Shown in pieces: positions 29,084 through 38,619 of a DNA stretch of 64,000 nt (positions are counted from its first letter, which is position 1; every line of letters begins with the position of its first letter). The stretch spans positions 712,008 through 776,007 of the forward strand of contig JBFWNU010000001.1 of assembly GCA_050250895.1 (NCBI GenBank), written 5' to 3'. Under the pieces are notes generated by a model that was not told the origin of the DNA, ran no database searches, and was given only the letters and a program-made list of their open reading frames with translations. The position numbers and the translations under genes were made by a program. The stretch is from Vulcanimicrobiota bacterium (GTDB lineage Bacteria; Vulcanimicrobiota; Xenobia; Xenobiales; JADMJV01).

Positions 29084-30430
29084 ATGCAAAAACCGAAAGC
29101 GATTAGCGGGTTTCCCGAGTGGCTGCCGGCTCACAAGCAAGCCGAACAGTATCTGTTAGACACTATCCGCCATGTCTACCAGCTGTATGGATTCACTCCC
29201 CTCGAGACGGCTGCCGTCGAGCGAGTCGAAGCATTGGCGGCCAAGGGGGTCGTCGACAAAGAGATCTATGCGCTGGGTCGTCTGCGCGAAGAAGCCGGGA
29301 GCCGCGAGTGGGAACTGGCTCTCCACTTCGATCTGACCGTTCCCCTGGCCCGCTATGTAGCGCTCAACTATGGCGCGCTGAACTTTCCTTTCAAGCGCTA
29401 CCAGATCCAGAAGGTCTGGCGGGGCGAACGTCCGCAAGAGGGCCGCTTCCGCGAATTCTACCAGGCCGACATCGACGTCATCGCCGAGGACCAGCTTCCC
29501 CTACACTTTGACGCCGAAATGCCCGCGGCCGTGCACGACATCTTCACCCGACTGGGCATCAAATCGCAAATCCGGGTCAACAACCGGCGTATTCTCCTGG
29601 GTTACTACCGCGGGCTGGGCATCGACGACGAGCGAACCGCCGACATCTTGCGCGAGGTCGACAAACTGGACAAGATCGGTCCTGACAAGGTCAGCCAGAG
29701 CCTGGTCGAAGCCGGGCTCAGCCAGGATTTGGTGAGTCGCTGCCTGGCCCTCGCCGAGATCCGCGGGCAGGCCGACCAGGTGTTGGCGGCCGCGGCCGGG
29801 CTGGGCGTGGCCAACGATGAGTTCGAACAGGGCCTCGACGAACTGCGCCAGGTGGCGGCGCTCTTGACCCATCTGCCGGCCGAGGCCCTGGTCTGGGACC
29901 TGGGCATCGTGCGCGGGCTGGACTACTATACCGGCACTATTTACGAAACCAACCTCCCTGACCACCCCGGTCTGGGCAGCATCTGCTCGGGCGGCCGTTA
30001 CGAAAACCTGGCCTCGGAGTTCATCAATCGCAACTTGCCCGGGGTGGGCATTTCCATCGGGGTGTCGCGGTTGGTCTCGTATCTCTTCTCGTCCGAGACC
30101 TGGCAGCCGCCCCGAAGCTGCCCGACCGAAGTCTTGATCGTCTTGCCCTCGGCCGAGGACGCTCCCAAGTGTCATCAGGTGGCGCGGAGGCTGCGCGAGC
30201 GGGGTATCCCCAGCGAGGTCCACCACCTGCCCCAGGCCCTCAAGAAGCAGGTCCGCTATGCCGATCGACGCGGCATTCCCTATGTGCTCTTCCCTCACCA
30301 ATACGAGGGGGACGGCGGCCAGGTCGAAATCAAGACCCTGGCCAGCGGAGACCAGGTCACGGTCGCCCTCGACGATTGGGCCGACCGACACGCTCAGGGC
30401 CCGCCCCGAGACTACTCCGGGTTGTATTAG
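29084..30430 (+). CDS. hisS: Histidine--tRNA ligase
   Basis: PKAISGFPEWLP, LHFDLTVPLARY, VWRGERPQEGRFREFYQADID, IVRGLDYYTG, GGRY, anticodon domain KKQVRYADR. Confidence 0.97.
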   Translation: MQKPKAISGFPEWLPAHKQAEQYLLDTIRHVYQLYGFTPLETAAVERVEALAAKGVVDKEIYALGRLREEAGSREWELALHFDLTVPLARYVALNYGALNFPFKRYQIQKVWRGERPQEGRFREFYQADIDVIAEDQLPLHFDAEMPAAVHDIFTRLGIKSQIRVNNRRILLGYYRGLGIDDERTADILREVDKLDKIGPDKVSQSLVEAGLSQDLVSRCLALAEIRGQADQVLAAAAGLGVANDEFEQGLDELRQVAALLTHLPAEALVWDLGIVRGLDYYTGTIYETNLPDHPGLGSICSGGRYENLASEFINRNLPGVGISIGVSRLVSYLFSSETWQPPRSCPTEVLIVLPSAEDAPKCHQVARRLRERGIPSEVHHLPQALKKQVRYADRRGIPYVLFPHQYEGDGGQVEIKTLASGDQVTVALDDWADRHAQGPPRDYSGLY

Positions 30431-30855
30431 CCCTCTCGCCAGCCGAGGTCGGTGACGGCCCACAGCCCGATCAGCACCGCCTCGGCGGCGTCGTCGGTCA
30501 GGCGGGCGGGCACCGGCAGACCAGCGTCGCGCATCACGTCGCGGGCCAGCTTTTCCGCTTCAGACTTGGCCCGGGCTCCGCTGCTACGCTGGCGAGGGAT
30601 AAAGAAAGCAGGTCTCCAGATCTCGGCGCTGAGCAAGCGGTTGGCGGCTTGAGGGCGGGCGCTAAACCAGGCTTTGGCCAGATTGGGGTCTCCCTCGGCC
30701 ACAATCCATTCGAGCCGGTCGAAGGGAGCCAATAACCCTCGGGCAGCCTGGCGCAAGCGACCCCGGTGACCCAGATTGCGACTGAGGACGGCCAGTAACC
30801 GGCCGTCACGGGCATAGAAGGCCAGACCCGTCTTGACGCCCAGGTCGATACCCAC
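30427..30855 (-). CDS. RuvC/RNase H-fold protein
   Basis: GIDLGVKTG, IVAEG, AKSEA, DDAAEAVLIG: acidic residues at RuvC-like positions. Confidence 0.65.
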   Translation of the reverse strand: MGIDLGVKTGLAFYARDGRLLAVLSRNLGHRGRLRQAARGLLAPFDRLEWIVAEGDPNLAKAWFSARPQAANRLLSAEIWRPAFFIPRQRSSGARAKSEAEKLARDVMRDAGLPVPARLTDDAAEAVLIGLWAVTDLGWREG

Positions 30856-30868
30856 CAGCGCCGCGTCC

Positions 30869-31567
30869 TTACTTTCCGACTTTGAGCTCCGTCAACAGGG
30901 CGTCGAGTTCGTCGTCGGACAGGTCAGGCGCGTGGGCGCGCTCGAGCAGGGCGGGGGAATCGAAATTCGGCACCGACTGGTCCGAGTGGGCGATTTGCCA
31001 GGCCTGTTCGAAAGCCTGGTCAAACTCGCTAGCCTGTTGGCGGGCCGTGTCGGCATCGAGAGGAAACTCCACCACATGGCTGGGAATGGTCTGTCGTTCT
31101 CCGGTGCGGCTGGTGTATTCCACCGCTTCGGTCGTTCCCCCGGCCCCTTTGGCCAGCGGATGCGAAGTGGTGTAAGACACTCCCACCGCCCTGGTGCCGA
31201 CGATGTTGATCTTCATCCCCGAGATACCGCGCAGCCGGCCCTGAAGCTGGGCGTCATGCTGATAGTCCCAGTGGGTGTACTGCCGAAAACCGTTGCCTTG
31301 GGCGTCGACGACCTGAATGCGCATCGAATAGGCCCGCGGGGTATCCTCGAGCAGAGCCCTGACCGTGTTGCCGTTGGCGTCGACTCCCTGAAAGACGCCG
31401 GGCAAAGGATCGCTGTCGTAGCCGGGACGCCCGTCCATCTTCTGATAGGTATCGAACGTTGTTAGCGACTCGCGGTGGACATCTTCGGCCGGTCTGAGCT
31501 GTTCGCGCCGAACGGCCGAGGTCTCGGCCCGGTGAGGCCCGGGATGGGTAAAGTGCGCATGGATCAT
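30869..31567 (-). CDS. Hypothetical protein
   Basis: 232-aa ORF filling the interval; TAGACT -10-like element just upstream. Confidence 0.65.
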   Translation of the reverse strand: MIHAHFTHPGPHRAETSAVRREQLRPAEDVHRESLTTFDTYQKMDGRPGYDSDPLPGVFQGVDANGNTVRALLEDTPRAYSMRIQVVDAQGNGFRQYTHWDYQHDAQLQGRLRGISGMKINIVGTRAVGVSYTTSHPLAKGAGGTTEAVEYTSRTGERQTIPSHVVEFPLDADTARQQASEFDQAFEQAWQIAHSDQSVPNFDSPALLERAHAPDLSDDELDALLTELKVGK

Positions 31568-31669
31568 CTTGGGACGAGTCTAGCGCGTCGGTCTTAAAAG
31601 AACTTGAAGAGGGCGAGCCGCCCTCTGTGTTCAAGTTTCCGGAATGAACCTAAGGGTTGTTAGCCAGCC

Positions 31670-33616
31670 TTGAGCCGCATTCCCAGGGCCTGGCAGCCAT
31701 TCCTCGTCGGGACTTTCGTCACGGTCCTCCTGATCGTGGTGCGCATCGGCTTTGGAATGACCGAGCCGGATCGTTTCGAGGGTCTCAACGACCAGCTGTC
31801 CGACTCGCTGTGGATCATCCGTAACCATTTCGGCCGGGGCCCCACCTACCCGAACGCGGCCGACCATCTGGTGGTGGTGCTCATCGACGTCCCGTCGCTG
31901 CGCGAGAGCCCCGAGGCATGGCCGTGGACACCGGGCACCTTTGCCGAGTTCATCAACCTGGCCCTCGATGTGGGCCAGGCCAAAGGCGTGCTGCTGGATG
32001 TGCCCTTTCGTGGTCTGACCAACGAAGACCGACAGGTGCGCCAGGCCCTGGCCCGGCCCGGCGTGGTCTATGGGGCACAGGCCTACAATGACGAGAACAA
32101 CAAGATGGTCATCGAGGCCCCCCTGGCCCGTCCTACCGTAGAAGGCGACGCTTATGCCACCCAGACCTTCGGCATGACGGCGGTCTACACGGGTAACGAC
32201 AAGGTCGTTCGAGATGTCATGCTCAACCTGCCCATGCGGGTGCTCGAGCCCGGCAGCGACAAGCAAGAAGTGGTGTTCGTGACCGCTCTGTGCCTGCAGG
32301 CGGCGGCCGAGGTGATGAACGCTCCCCGCAGCGAGATCGAGCCCCTCGAGGACGAGATCAAGTTGCACCCTCGCTCGGCCCACGGTCGCGAAGAGCAGCC
32401 TTTCACCATCCCTCTCTACAAGGGTCGGTTCGTGGTCAACTACAGCTTTTCGGACCATCAGCCGCCGACCGGCAGCCGGGTCGCTCCGGGGGTCTACTCC
32501 TTCGTGCCCAGTGTCAGCTATCTAGAACTGATGCAAATGAGTGCCGAACAACTGCGCGAGCGCCTCGAGGGTCGTTATCTGCTGGTGGGATTGGCCAACC
32601 CTTTTATCAAGCCCTATGTAGCTACGCCTTTTGGAGCCGAGGTCCCGGGTATCTATGTCGAGGCCGAGTGCGTGGCCTCGATCTTCGAGCAAGACTTCGT
32701 CAGTCGCAGCTACCTCATCGACGAGGTGGTGCTCAGCCTCGTGCTGGGGTTACTCATCTCGGGGGTGGTTACCCGCCTGGGCCAGGCTCGGGGCATCGGC
32801 ATCACCCTGCTGGCCCTGGCCGGCTGGTACGTCATCTGCCTGGCCACGTTCCTCCAATCTCAGCTGATCCTACCCATTCTCGGACCGTGGGTGGCCCTGC
32901 TCATTCCGGCGGCTTCGGTGTCGGCCTTCCTCAACCGGGTGGACGAGGAAGAAAAGGCCCAGATTCGACAACTCTTTGGCGGCTATCTCTCGCCCAAGGT
33001 GGTGGATAGCCTGTTGCGCAAGAAGTATCGAGGCGAGCTAGGCCTGACCGGACGCAAACTGAAATTGACCGTGTTCTACTCGGACATTCGTGGTTTTACG
33101 GCCATGTCCGAGCGGCTCGACCCGCTCGAGGTCGTCTCCTTGCTCAACGAGCATTTCGAATGCCTGACGCGAGTAGCCTATCGGCATGACGCCTACATCG
33201 ACAAGTTCGTGGGCGACAGCCTGATGGCCGTGCTTTCGGCCCCCACCCCAAGACCTGACGACTCTTTGCGGGCCGTCACCATGGCTCTCGAGATGCGGGA
33301 AGAGATCCGCCTGCTGGTCCATCGCCGCGAGTCTCGCGGTGAGCCCGTCTATCAGATCGGTATCGGTATCCATACCGACCGGGTGGTCTTGGGTAACATC
33401 GGTTCGTCGGTCAAGATGGATTACACGGTGATTGGCGACGGCGTCAATCTCACCTCGCGACTGTGCGATGCCGCTCAAGGCGATCAGATTCTCATCAGCC
33501 AGGCCACCTATGACGAGGTCAAGGAGTATGTGGAGGTGCGCCCCCTGGAGCCGATCCGGGTCAAGGGAAAAGCGGAACCGGTCGGCATCTACGAGGTGTT
33601 AGGTAAGAAGACATGA
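31670..33616 (+). CDS. CHASE2-domain class III adenylate cyclase
   Basis: VVVLID...WPW, PGIYVEA CHASE2 motifs, 3 TM; cyclase FYSDIRGFT, DKFVGD, DYTVIGDGVNLTSRL (K/D ATP-specificity residues). Confidence 0.9.
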   Translation: MSRIPRAWQPFLVGTFVTVLLIVVRIGFGMTEPDRFEGLNDQLSDSLWIIRNHFGRGPTYPNAADHLVVVLIDVPSLRESPEAWPWTPGTFAEFINLALDVGQAKGVLLDVPFRGLTNEDRQVRQALARPGVVYGAQAYNDENNKMVIEAPLARPTVEGDAYATQTFGMTAVYTGNDKVVRDVMLNLPMRVLEPGSDKQEVVFVTALCLQAAAEVMNAPRSEIEPLEDEIKLHPRSAHGREEQPFTIPLYKGRFVVNYSFSDHQPPTGSRVAPGVYSFVPSVSYLELMQMSAEQLRERLEGRYLLVGLANPFIKPYVATPFGAEVPGIYVEAECVASIFEQDFVSRSYLIDEVVLSLVLGLLISGVVTRLGQARGIGITLLALAGWYVICLATFLQSQLILPILGPWVALLIPAASVSAFLNRVDEEEKAQIRQLFGGYLSPKVVDSLLRKKYRGELGLTGRKLKLTVFYSDIRGFTAMSERLDPLEVVSLLNEHFECLTRVAYRHDAYIDKFVGDSLMAVLSAPTPRPDDSLRAVTMALEMREEIRLLVHRRESRGEPVYQIGIGIHTDRVVLGNIGSSVKMDYTVIGDGVNLTSRLCDAAQGDQILISQATYDEVKEYVEVRPLEPIRVKGKAEPVGIYEVLGKKT

Positions 33617-35817
33617 GCCGTCTTCCCCTGGGACTCAACTGGCTGTTCTTCCTGGCCACCGCCTCGCTGGCCGCGATGCTGACGGGTCTCTTCGTCCTGT
33701 TTTCGAGGTTCTCGCTGCAATCGATCCAGGTCTTTGCCGACAAGTCGCTGACCCTGCAGGCGCGTTCGGCCCGCACCGAGTTGCGCGAATTTCTCGAGCA
33801 ACCCCCCATCGTCATCGAAGAGTTCGAACGCCAGATCAAGGTCGGCCTGGTTCACCCTCGCGACGCCAAAGAAGTCGAGGCCTTTCTCTTTTCTACCTTA
33901 CTGGATCATCCCGATCTTTTGGAGGCGTCCTTCACCTTCGATCTGGCCGAGAAGGGACAGGTGTCGGTGGTGCGACGGCGCAGCCCCGAGGGCGACCAGT
34001 TGCTGACACTGATCACCCGCGAAGCTCGTAAAGGGTTCGAACGCTGGGACCGCGTTCGCCCGGTTGGCGGAGCCCTCACCTCCGGTAGCCTCACCCTGTG
34101 GGGAGAGGTTCCCGATCCGACCAATCACAACACTTATACGACCCCGGTGACCCGGCGCCACGCTCAGTGGACCGACCTGAGCTATTGCCAGCTCGACGCC
34201 GGGCTGCCCGAAAAGGACCGCCGTGTGACCCTGTCGGTCCAAAAGCGCATCGAAGACCGGGCGGGGCGCCTTTTCGGAGTCTTGCGGATCGGGATCCTGA
34301 CGGACCGCATCAATGAGCAAATGCAACGGGTCAACCCCGAACACATCCTCTTTCTCTGCGACCAGCAGGGCCGGCTGATCGCTGGACCGGACCCGACCCC
34401 GGTCTTCGAAGACGACTATGACCTGCGCCGGGGAACCACCAATCCAGTATTGCTGCGAGCTCTCGAGACGGCGCGCCGGGTGCGCTCGGACGAAGAGTGG
34501 GTCTCGGACCGCTACGTTGTCAAAGGCCGGCACTATCTGGTCAGCCTGATCAGCGTGGATCGCGCCTCGGATCCCCTCGAGTCGATCCACGACGTGGCCG
34601 TGGCCCTGACCCGCTACAGCAATCGGGTGGCCGGGCGGTTGCTCGACGATTCAATCTGGGTTAGCCTCGACAATCGCGAGCACATCAATACCTGGGACTG
34701 GGTGTTGGGAATGGTGGCCGCCGAGAACTATTACACCAGCAGCTATCGCGACCGCGAGCGCAAAGTCCTGGGCCTGGCCGCCGTCCTGCTGATCTTGATC
34801 CTGGCCGGGGGCACGCTGGTGATGGGCTGGCTACGCCGGGATCTGGCCGAAGTGGCCAGCGTGGCCACGCGAATGCAGGCCTTCGAGTTCGGGCCTCTCA
34901 ATTCGCGGGTGAACTTTCCCGAAACGAGCCGGGTGATGGGTGGTCTCGAGGCGGCCAAGACGGCGGTGCGCTCGATGTCTCGCTATCTTCCCCTGGATCT
35001 CATCAAGCAGCTCTTTGCCCGCAACCAGGAGCCCGCGCTGGGCGGGCATCTGCAGCCGGCCACGCTGATGTTCACCGACATCGCCGATTTCTCGACCATC
35101 GCCGAGACCATGGAGCCCAACCGGTTGGCTTCTACGCTGGGCATCTATTTTGACGCCCTGGCCCAGGAGATACTCCGGCACGAAGGCATCATCGACAAGT
35201 ACATCGGCGACGCCATCATGGCCATCTGGAACGCTCCTACCGAGGTCGATCAGCACGCCCTCAAGGCTTGTCGAGCCGCCTACGGCTGCGTGAAAGTGAC
35301 GTCTGAGCTATTTAACTCCGACTCGTGGGGACACCGCCCGGCCCTGCATACTCGCTTCGGCATTCATACCGACACGGTGATGGTGGGCCATTTCGGAGCC
35401 CCCAGCCGTATGGACTACACCTCGCTGGGAGACGGAGTCAACCTGGCTTCGCGCCTGGAGGGACTCAACAAGCAGTATGGCACCCGAATTCTGGTGAGTA
35501 AGCCGGTCTTTGAGCAAGCCTGTCTGGAGTTCAGATTTCGCAAGATCGACCGCGTGGCCGTCAAAGGCAAGGCCCGGGGTGTCGAAGTCTTCGAGCTCCT
35601 GGGTCCCATCCAGGACCAGCCCAAGCTGCCTTATGAAGAGTATGAAAACGCTCTCGAGCTCTATTTTCAGCGCAACTTCTCGGGAGCCCTGATGAGCCTG
35701 GTAGGACTCGAGGCCCGAGATTGGGCCAGCCAGGTGCTGGCCGAACGTTGCCGCCTATACCTGGCCAACCCCCCCGAGGCAGATTGGAACGGCACTTACG
35801 TGGCCAAAGAGAAATGA
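33613..35817 (+). CDS. Membrane class III adenylate cyclase with periplasmic (Cache-like) sensor
   Basis: Two TM segments flanking a sensor; MFTDIADFS, DKYIGD, DYTSLGDGVNLASRLEG; C-terminal PPEADWNG tail. ATGA coupling to the upstream cyclase. Confidence 0.9.
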   Translation: MSRLPLGLNWLFFLATASLAAMLTGLFVLFSRFSLQSIQVFADKSLTLQARSARTELREFLEQPPIVIEEFERQIKVGLVHPRDAKEVEAFLFSTLLDHPDLLEASFTFDLAEKGQVSVVRRRSPEGDQLLTLITREARKGFERWDRVRPVGGALTSGSLTLWGEVPDPTNHNTYTTPVTRRHAQWTDLSYCQLDAGLPEKDRRVTLSVQKRIEDRAGRLFGVLRIGILTDRINEQMQRVNPEHILFLCDQQGRLIAGPDPTPVFEDDYDLRRGTTNPVLLRALETARRVRSDEEWVSDRYVVKGRHYLVSLISVDRASDPLESIHDVAVALTRYSNRVAGRLLDDSIWVSLDNREHINTWDWVLGMVAAENYYTSSYRDRERKVLGLAAVLLILILAGGTLVMGWLRRDLAEVASVATRMQAFEFGPLNSRVNFPETSRVMGGLEAAKTAVRSMSRYLPLDLIKQLFARNQEPALGGHLQPATLMFTDIADFSTIAETMEPNRLASTLGIYFDALAQEILRHEGIIDKYIGDAIMAIWNAPTEVDQHALKACRAAYGCVKVTSELFNSDSWGHRPALHTRFGIHTDTVMVGHFGAPSRMDYTSLGDGVNLASRLEGLNKQYGTRILVSKPVFEQACLEFRFRKIDRVAVKGKARGVEVFELLGPIQDQPKLPYEEYENALELYFQRNFSGALMSLVGLEARDWASQVLAERCRLYLANPPEADWNGTYVAKEK

Positions 35818-36302
35818 GAATCTGGCTCCTTTTCTTACTGTTGGTCGCTCCCGGACTGGCCGACCAGCAGGTCCTGCTGACGACCACCAGCGACCGCGAC
35901 TCGGAGCGTGACGTCCTGAGACTGGAACTGGACTCGTCAGGCCACCCGCTGGCCCTGATCCAGGTGCGAGATAAGAAAGAGACCCACTTCACCCAGGCCG
36001 ACCTCGAACAGGGGGCGGTGCTAAAGCACGAGGCCGGCCGCGATGTGGCCATCCTCTACGCCGACTCGTTCGATCCCGAAAAAGGAGGCCGCTTTCGCCT
36101 GCATTACCTGGTCAGCGGCATCCCGCCGGTCAGCTACGACGATTTCTACCTGCACTTGAAACCCGATTCCGATGGAAGCTGGCACCTCTACCTGCCCGGC
36201 CGGGCCAAGCCCCTAAAACGGCTTCACTTCGTCCTCAATCGCGTGGGCGCCCTGGGCTACCAGAAGATCATCGGCATCAAAACCATCCGCCCCACCGAGT
36301 AG
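35814..36302 (+). CDS. Hypothetical secreted protein
   Basis: MRIWLLFLLLVAPGLA signal peptide; ATGA overlap with the cyclase stop. Confidence 0.75.
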   Translation: MRIWLLFLLLVAPGLADQQVLLTTTSDRDSERDVLRLELDSSGHPLALIQVRDKKETHFTQADLEQGAVLKHEAGRDVAILYADSFDPEKGGRFRLHYLVSGIPPVSYDDFYLHLKPDSDGSWHLYLPGRAKPLKRLHFVLNRVGALGYQKIIGIKTIRPTE

Positions 36303-36320
36303 CCCAAACCGCTCCCCAGG

Positions 36321-36872
36321 CGGCGAAGCCGCCATGGGATGACGACGCGAAGCGTCGAGTATCTCAAGACCCGAGGTGAGCCAAAGCGAACCTCGCTCCT
36401 CTCTCGACGACGAAGTCGTCGCTTCCCTCTCCCCGGCGAAGCCATGGGGCTCCTCCCTCCCCGGACGGAGGCTGGCACCTCTACCTGCCGTAACCTCCAG
36501 TGCGGCGAAGCCGCCTTGGAATGACGACGCGAAGCGTCGAGTAACCCAAATCCTCGAGGTGAGCCAAAGCGAACCTCGCTCCTCTCTCGACGACGAAGTC
36601 GGCGCTCCCCTCTCCCCGGCGAAGCCGTGGGGCTCCTCCCTCCCCGGACGGAGGCTGGCACCTCTACCTGCCGTAACCTCCAGTGCGGCGAAGCCGCCTT
36701 AGAATGACGACGCGAAGCGTCGAGTAACCCAAATCCTCGAGGTGAGCCAAAGCGAACCTCGCTCCCATCTCGTCGACGAAGTCGGCCCTCCCCTCTCCCC
36801 GGCGAAGCCGTGGGGCTCCTCCCTCCCCGGGCGAAGCCCGGGGCTCCTCCCTGGCGAGCGCAAGCGAGCCAG
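36321..36872. repeat. Tandem array of three 182-183 bp hairpin-rich units (REP/BIME-like)
   Basis: Units start at about 36321, 36503 and 36686. Each has hairpins GGCGAAGCC, GACGCGAAGCGTC, GACGACGAAGTCG and CCGGCGAAGCC followed by CTCC-rich spacers. Confidence 0.9.
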
Positions 36873-36945
36873 TATCAATCTACTAGAAAACCAGAGTGAA
36901 CATTTTGAACCGTGCCCGACTCTTGCGTCTGGAGGTTGAAACAAA

Positions 36946-38619
36946 ATGTTGGAACTCAAGTCTTTTCGCAAGCTACTCAGCAAGGACAAGGCGGTGGACC
37001 GTCCGCGCTTCTTCGACTTTCTGGCCCGCCAGGGCGTGGCCGAAGAAGAACTCGTGCGCCACCTCTCGGCGGGCAACCGCAAGCCTTATCTGCTAGAACC
37101 TTTCTATCTTGGGCGCCTGGGACGCAAGAACTGGTTTAGCGGGCTCAAGGAACACTACCAGGTCGACGCCTTTTCGCTTGAGGAGGCCGACCTCTCGCCC
37201 CAGGTGGCCCTGGTCGTCTCGCAGGAACTCAGCCGCCATTACGGAGTCACCTGCATCGATATCGACGAACGGGGCCTGACCCTGGGCATGGTCGACGCCG
37301 CCAACGACGAATCGGTGGCCACCATCGAAGAGAAGACCGACTTTCGCGTCGTGCGCCGGGTGGCGGTGCTGGCCACCGACCTGGCCAAGTTTCAGGAGCA
37401 GCTCTACGGCTCGGCCCGCATGCTCGAGATCAGCCCGCGCGAAATCGTCGACGACGTCATCCACCGGGCTATCGCCCAAGGAGCTAGCGACATCCACTTC
37501 GAGCCGTTAGAAGACGAACTGATGGTGCGTTTTCGCAAAGACGGCATCCTGATGGATTCGATCAACGCCCGCGAGTTCGCTCCCAAGAAGATCCTGCTGC
37601 GCCATCTCAAGGCCGCTCTGCCGGTGGTGGTCAAAAACAAGTCGGGTGCCTCGGGCAAGACCATGAACATCGCCGAGACCCAGAAAGCCCAGGACGGCCG
37701 CATCTATCTACCCAGCCGCAACATCGATATGCGGGTCTCGGTGCTGCCCACCAGTCACGGTGAAAGCGTGGTCATTCGCATCCATCGACCGGGGGAAGGC
37801 AACGGCCTGCAACAGCTCGGCTTCGAAACGGCCCTGCTGGACCGCTTCGCCCCCTTGATCGAGGCTCCCCACGGCATCTTGCTGGTGTCGGGGCCCACCG
37901 GCAGCGGCAAGACCACTACCTTATATACCGTCTTGCGCCGACTCAACTCGCCCGAAAAGAAGATCCTGACCATCGAAGATCCGGTCGAGTACAACGTGCC
38001 CGGGGTGGTGCAGGTGCAGACCTCCGAGGCTAAGGGGCTTACCTTCGCCTCGGCCCTGCGCAACTTCTTGCGCCACGACCCGGACATCATCATGGTGGGC
38101 GAGATTCGCGACAGCGAGACGGCGGTCATGGCTGTCGAGGCCTCCCTGACCGGCCATCTGGTGCTCTCGACCGTGCATGCCAACGATGCCGTGCGCACCA
38201 TCACGCGCATCCGTGACCTGGGCGTCAATCCCAAGCTGGTGGCCTCGACCTGTCTCGGCACTATGGCCCAACGTCTGGTCCGACTCAACTGCCCCCATTG
38301 TCGGGCGGCGACCCCGGCCGACGATCAGTTGTTGCGTCTGGCCGAGCGCTACCAGATCGCACTAGACCCCTCGCGTTTGGCCCGGGGCACCGGTTGTGAC
38401 GCCTGCAATCAGACGGGCTATCGGGGCCGCACGGTCATTCACGAACTGATGGTCATGACTCCCGAGTTGAGGGTGCTGGTCGAAAACCAGGCTTCCGACT
38501 CGGACCTCGAGCGCCTGGCCCGAGAGCAGGGCATGCGTCTGTTGCTCGAGGACGCCCTGAGCAAGGTGGCCGCCGGCCTGACCACCTGGGAGGAAGTGCG
38601 CCGGGTGACCCTGGTATGA
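36946..38619 (+). CDS. pilB: GspE/PilB-family assembly ATPase
   Basis: ASDIHFEP, QDGR, GPTGSGKTTT, TIEDPVEY, LRHDPDIIMVGEIRD, TGHLVLSTVH, CPHC...CDAC zinc motif. Confidence 0.9.
   Translation: MLELKSFRKLLSKDKAVDRPRFFDFLARQGVAEEELVRHLSAGNRKPYLLEPFYLGRLGRKNWFSGLKEHYQVDAFSLEEADLSPQVALVVSQELSRHYGVTCIDIDERGLTLGMVDAANDESVATIEEKTDFRVVRRVAVLATDLAKFQEQLYGSARMLEISPREIVDDVIHRAIAQGASDIHFEPLEDELMVRFRKDGILMDSINAREFAPKKILLRHLKAALPVVVKNKSGASGKTMNIAETQKAQDGRIYLPSRNIDMRVSVLPTSHGESVVIRIHRPGEGNGLQQLGFETALLDRFAPLIEAPHGILLVSGPTGSGKTTTLYTVLRRLNSPEKKILTIEDPVEYNVPGVVQVQTSEAKGLTFASALRNFLRHDPDIIMVGEIRDSETAVMAVEASLTGHLVLSTVHANDAVRTITRIRDLGVNPKLVASTCLGTMAQRLVRLNCPHCRAATPADDQLLRLAERYQIALDPSRLARGTGCDACNQTGYRGRTVIHELMVMTPELRVLVENQASDSDLERLAREQGMRLLLEDALSKVAAGLTTWEEVRRVTLV

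Noticed and set aside
30427-30855. TnpB/Cas12 or transposase remnant
   Set aside because: Only 142 aa, with no zinc finger, no flanking element ends and no companion transposase.
36321-36872. CRISPR array
   Set aside because: Units are 182-183 bp and near-identical throughout, with no unique spacers and no cas genes in the window.
36895-36935. Sigma54 or ECF promoter upstream of pilB (GAACCGTGCCCGACTCTTGCGTCT)
   Set aside because: It lacks the GG of the -24 box, and the AAC-CGT spacing is 15 nt; too weak to call.
36257-37096. Short ORFs spanning the repeat array
   Set aside because: Translations simply mirror the DNA repeat in several frames, with no coding signature or RBS.
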